Source of the DNA: an uncultured delta proteobacterium
Lineage (GTDB): Bacteria; Desulfobacterota; BSN033; UBA1163
NCBI GenBank assembly: GCA_963827685.1
Contig: CAWHBU010000008.1
Coordinates: 1 to 64,000, forward strand
DNA: 64,000 nucleotides
Reading direction: 5' to 3'
Below the pieces are notes generated by a model, which had not been told where the DNA came from, did not search any database, and saw only the letters and a list, made by a program, of their open reading frames with translations. A program made the translations under genes and the position numbers. This document shows, one piece after another, positions 62,929-64,000 of the stretch (the stretch's first letter is position 1; each line of letters begins with the position of its first letter).

Positions 62929-63433
62929 CACTGCGCCCTCGTTTCTTATAGAGATTTTTAAAAGTTGGTGCCCCCTCTAACACAACATCGACGTTTGGGA
63001 GGAGTTTAAACGCGCCTATTCATGCAGAGAGTAAAGTGAATGCCTTAGAAACCGGGATAACCTCCCCGAAGGGATTCTTTAGAATATGGCTTAGGTTATT
63101 CCTTCTCCTTCTTTTGCAAGAATGCTGTAAGCAAGTCTATCGGCAGAGGGAGGATCGTCGTTGAGTTTTTCTCGGCCGAAGGATCCATCTTAAAGTATCT
63201 GTTCAAGAGGATCTAATATTCCTTATCCTTTCCCTTAGTTTCCGGGTCTTTGTGCGGCCAAAACGGACTTTCGCCCGTGCCTCGGATTTCTTCCATGTCT
63301 ACTACCCCTTCTGAATCTTTTCGGCAATTCAGGGACGATTGAGGTGAAGGTATGTTCTAAAACATTTTTAGGCATTTGTCTACATTTGCCGCTTCTTTAA
63401 AAATAACCCACCGGGGTCAAGTTGTTTTGGAAT

Positions 63434-63856
63434 CTACGTCTCCTTCTTATCGCTATTTTCTTGGAAGTACCGTCGAACTTTCGCCGCAATTTGACGATCA
63501 GTCATCCTGTCAATGGTTTCAATACCGACAATGCGTCCACGCAGTTTGTTTCTCACGAGACGTTTCTTCAGCTCGCCCTTGGCCTCACCAGGACCAAATA
63601 TCAGAATAGATTCTGCATCACGAATACACGCAATGACCGCATTGTAGTAAATGTTGAGAAGTCCAGTAGACCTTCTCTCGCGGCTATCATCTGCGGGTAC
63701 TAGCTGGGATTCATAGGGCGTCGTAGAACGTATACCACTAGAACGTCCGGGCTGTTCAACCTTTGATATGATTAGTCTTATTTCTTCCCCTTTGTCCGTA
63801 ACCGCCACGATCAGGGCCTTCCTATGGTCAATCCACAAACCCACTTTTGTCCTCAT
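63434..63856 (-). CDS. baeRF/host-attachment-like (eRF1 domain 2-like) protein
   Basis: VGLWIDHRKA...ILIFGPGEAKGEL. Confidence 0.7.
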   Translation of the reverse strand: MRTKVGLWIDHRKALIVAVTDKGEEIRLIISKVEQPGRSSGIRSTTPYESQLVPADDSRERRSTGLLNIYYNAVIACIRDAESILIFGPGEAKGELKKRLVRNKLRGRIVGIETIDRMTDRQIAAKVRRYFQENSDKKET

Positions 63857-64000
63857 CGATCTCTCCTCTGTCTATTAGCTTCAACTAACATTATATTCTA
63901 TGTTGATGCTATATTTTCCTTAACGATCAAACCTTTCGGCGTCTTTAGAGACTCCCTTGCGTCCTAAAATACTCTTACGCAGTCCTTTTTGCATGAAAAT

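Noticed and set aside
63054-63102. GGATAAC...GTTATTC inverted pair as attC
   Set aside because: Too short, lacks L boxes and an internal stem

Overview
This is a bacterial chromosomal window; gene content suggests a Desulfobacterota/Deltaproteobacteria-like host (inference). It has two parts. (1) 1-20 kb holds metabolic and stress genes: a cyanophycin cluster (cphA, ABC transporter, DUF1854), BON/small membrane proteins, ZIP transporter, galT, pyk, mgtA, an RNB ribonuclease and a CsoR-type regulator. Many carry single-base frameshifts that look like long-read errors. (2) About 20.8-63.9 kb is an accessory mosaic in which nearly every non-IS gene is on the minus strand. Genes are separated by several dispersed non-coding repeat families (A, B, C, D, E, F). 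Copies of A, B, E and F carry a near-consensus leftward sigma70 promoter (TTGAC[AC]-17 bp-TAnnnT). Two copies of A end at an attI-like (G/A)|TTAG site, and many junctions fall on GGGGTC/GGGAC motifs. There is one canonical attC, several damaged attC sites, an IS91-type transposase tail and a triplicated RNB 3' end, but no integrase or RAYT gene in the window. Cargo includes a four-gene SIR2-HerA-P-loop ATPase-HPxxHxH operon flanked by direct repeats, an XRE-ImmA/IrrE + DUF4411 pair, an MTase-SNase fusion with an MjaI-like endonuclease, a c-di-GMP-I riboswitch, two IS1182 elements, one IS3 and an IS200/IS605-type MITE. The best candidates for novelty are the promoter/attI-punctuated gene-capture array and the extended Sir2-HerA defence operon. 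All calls were made by eye without database searches.
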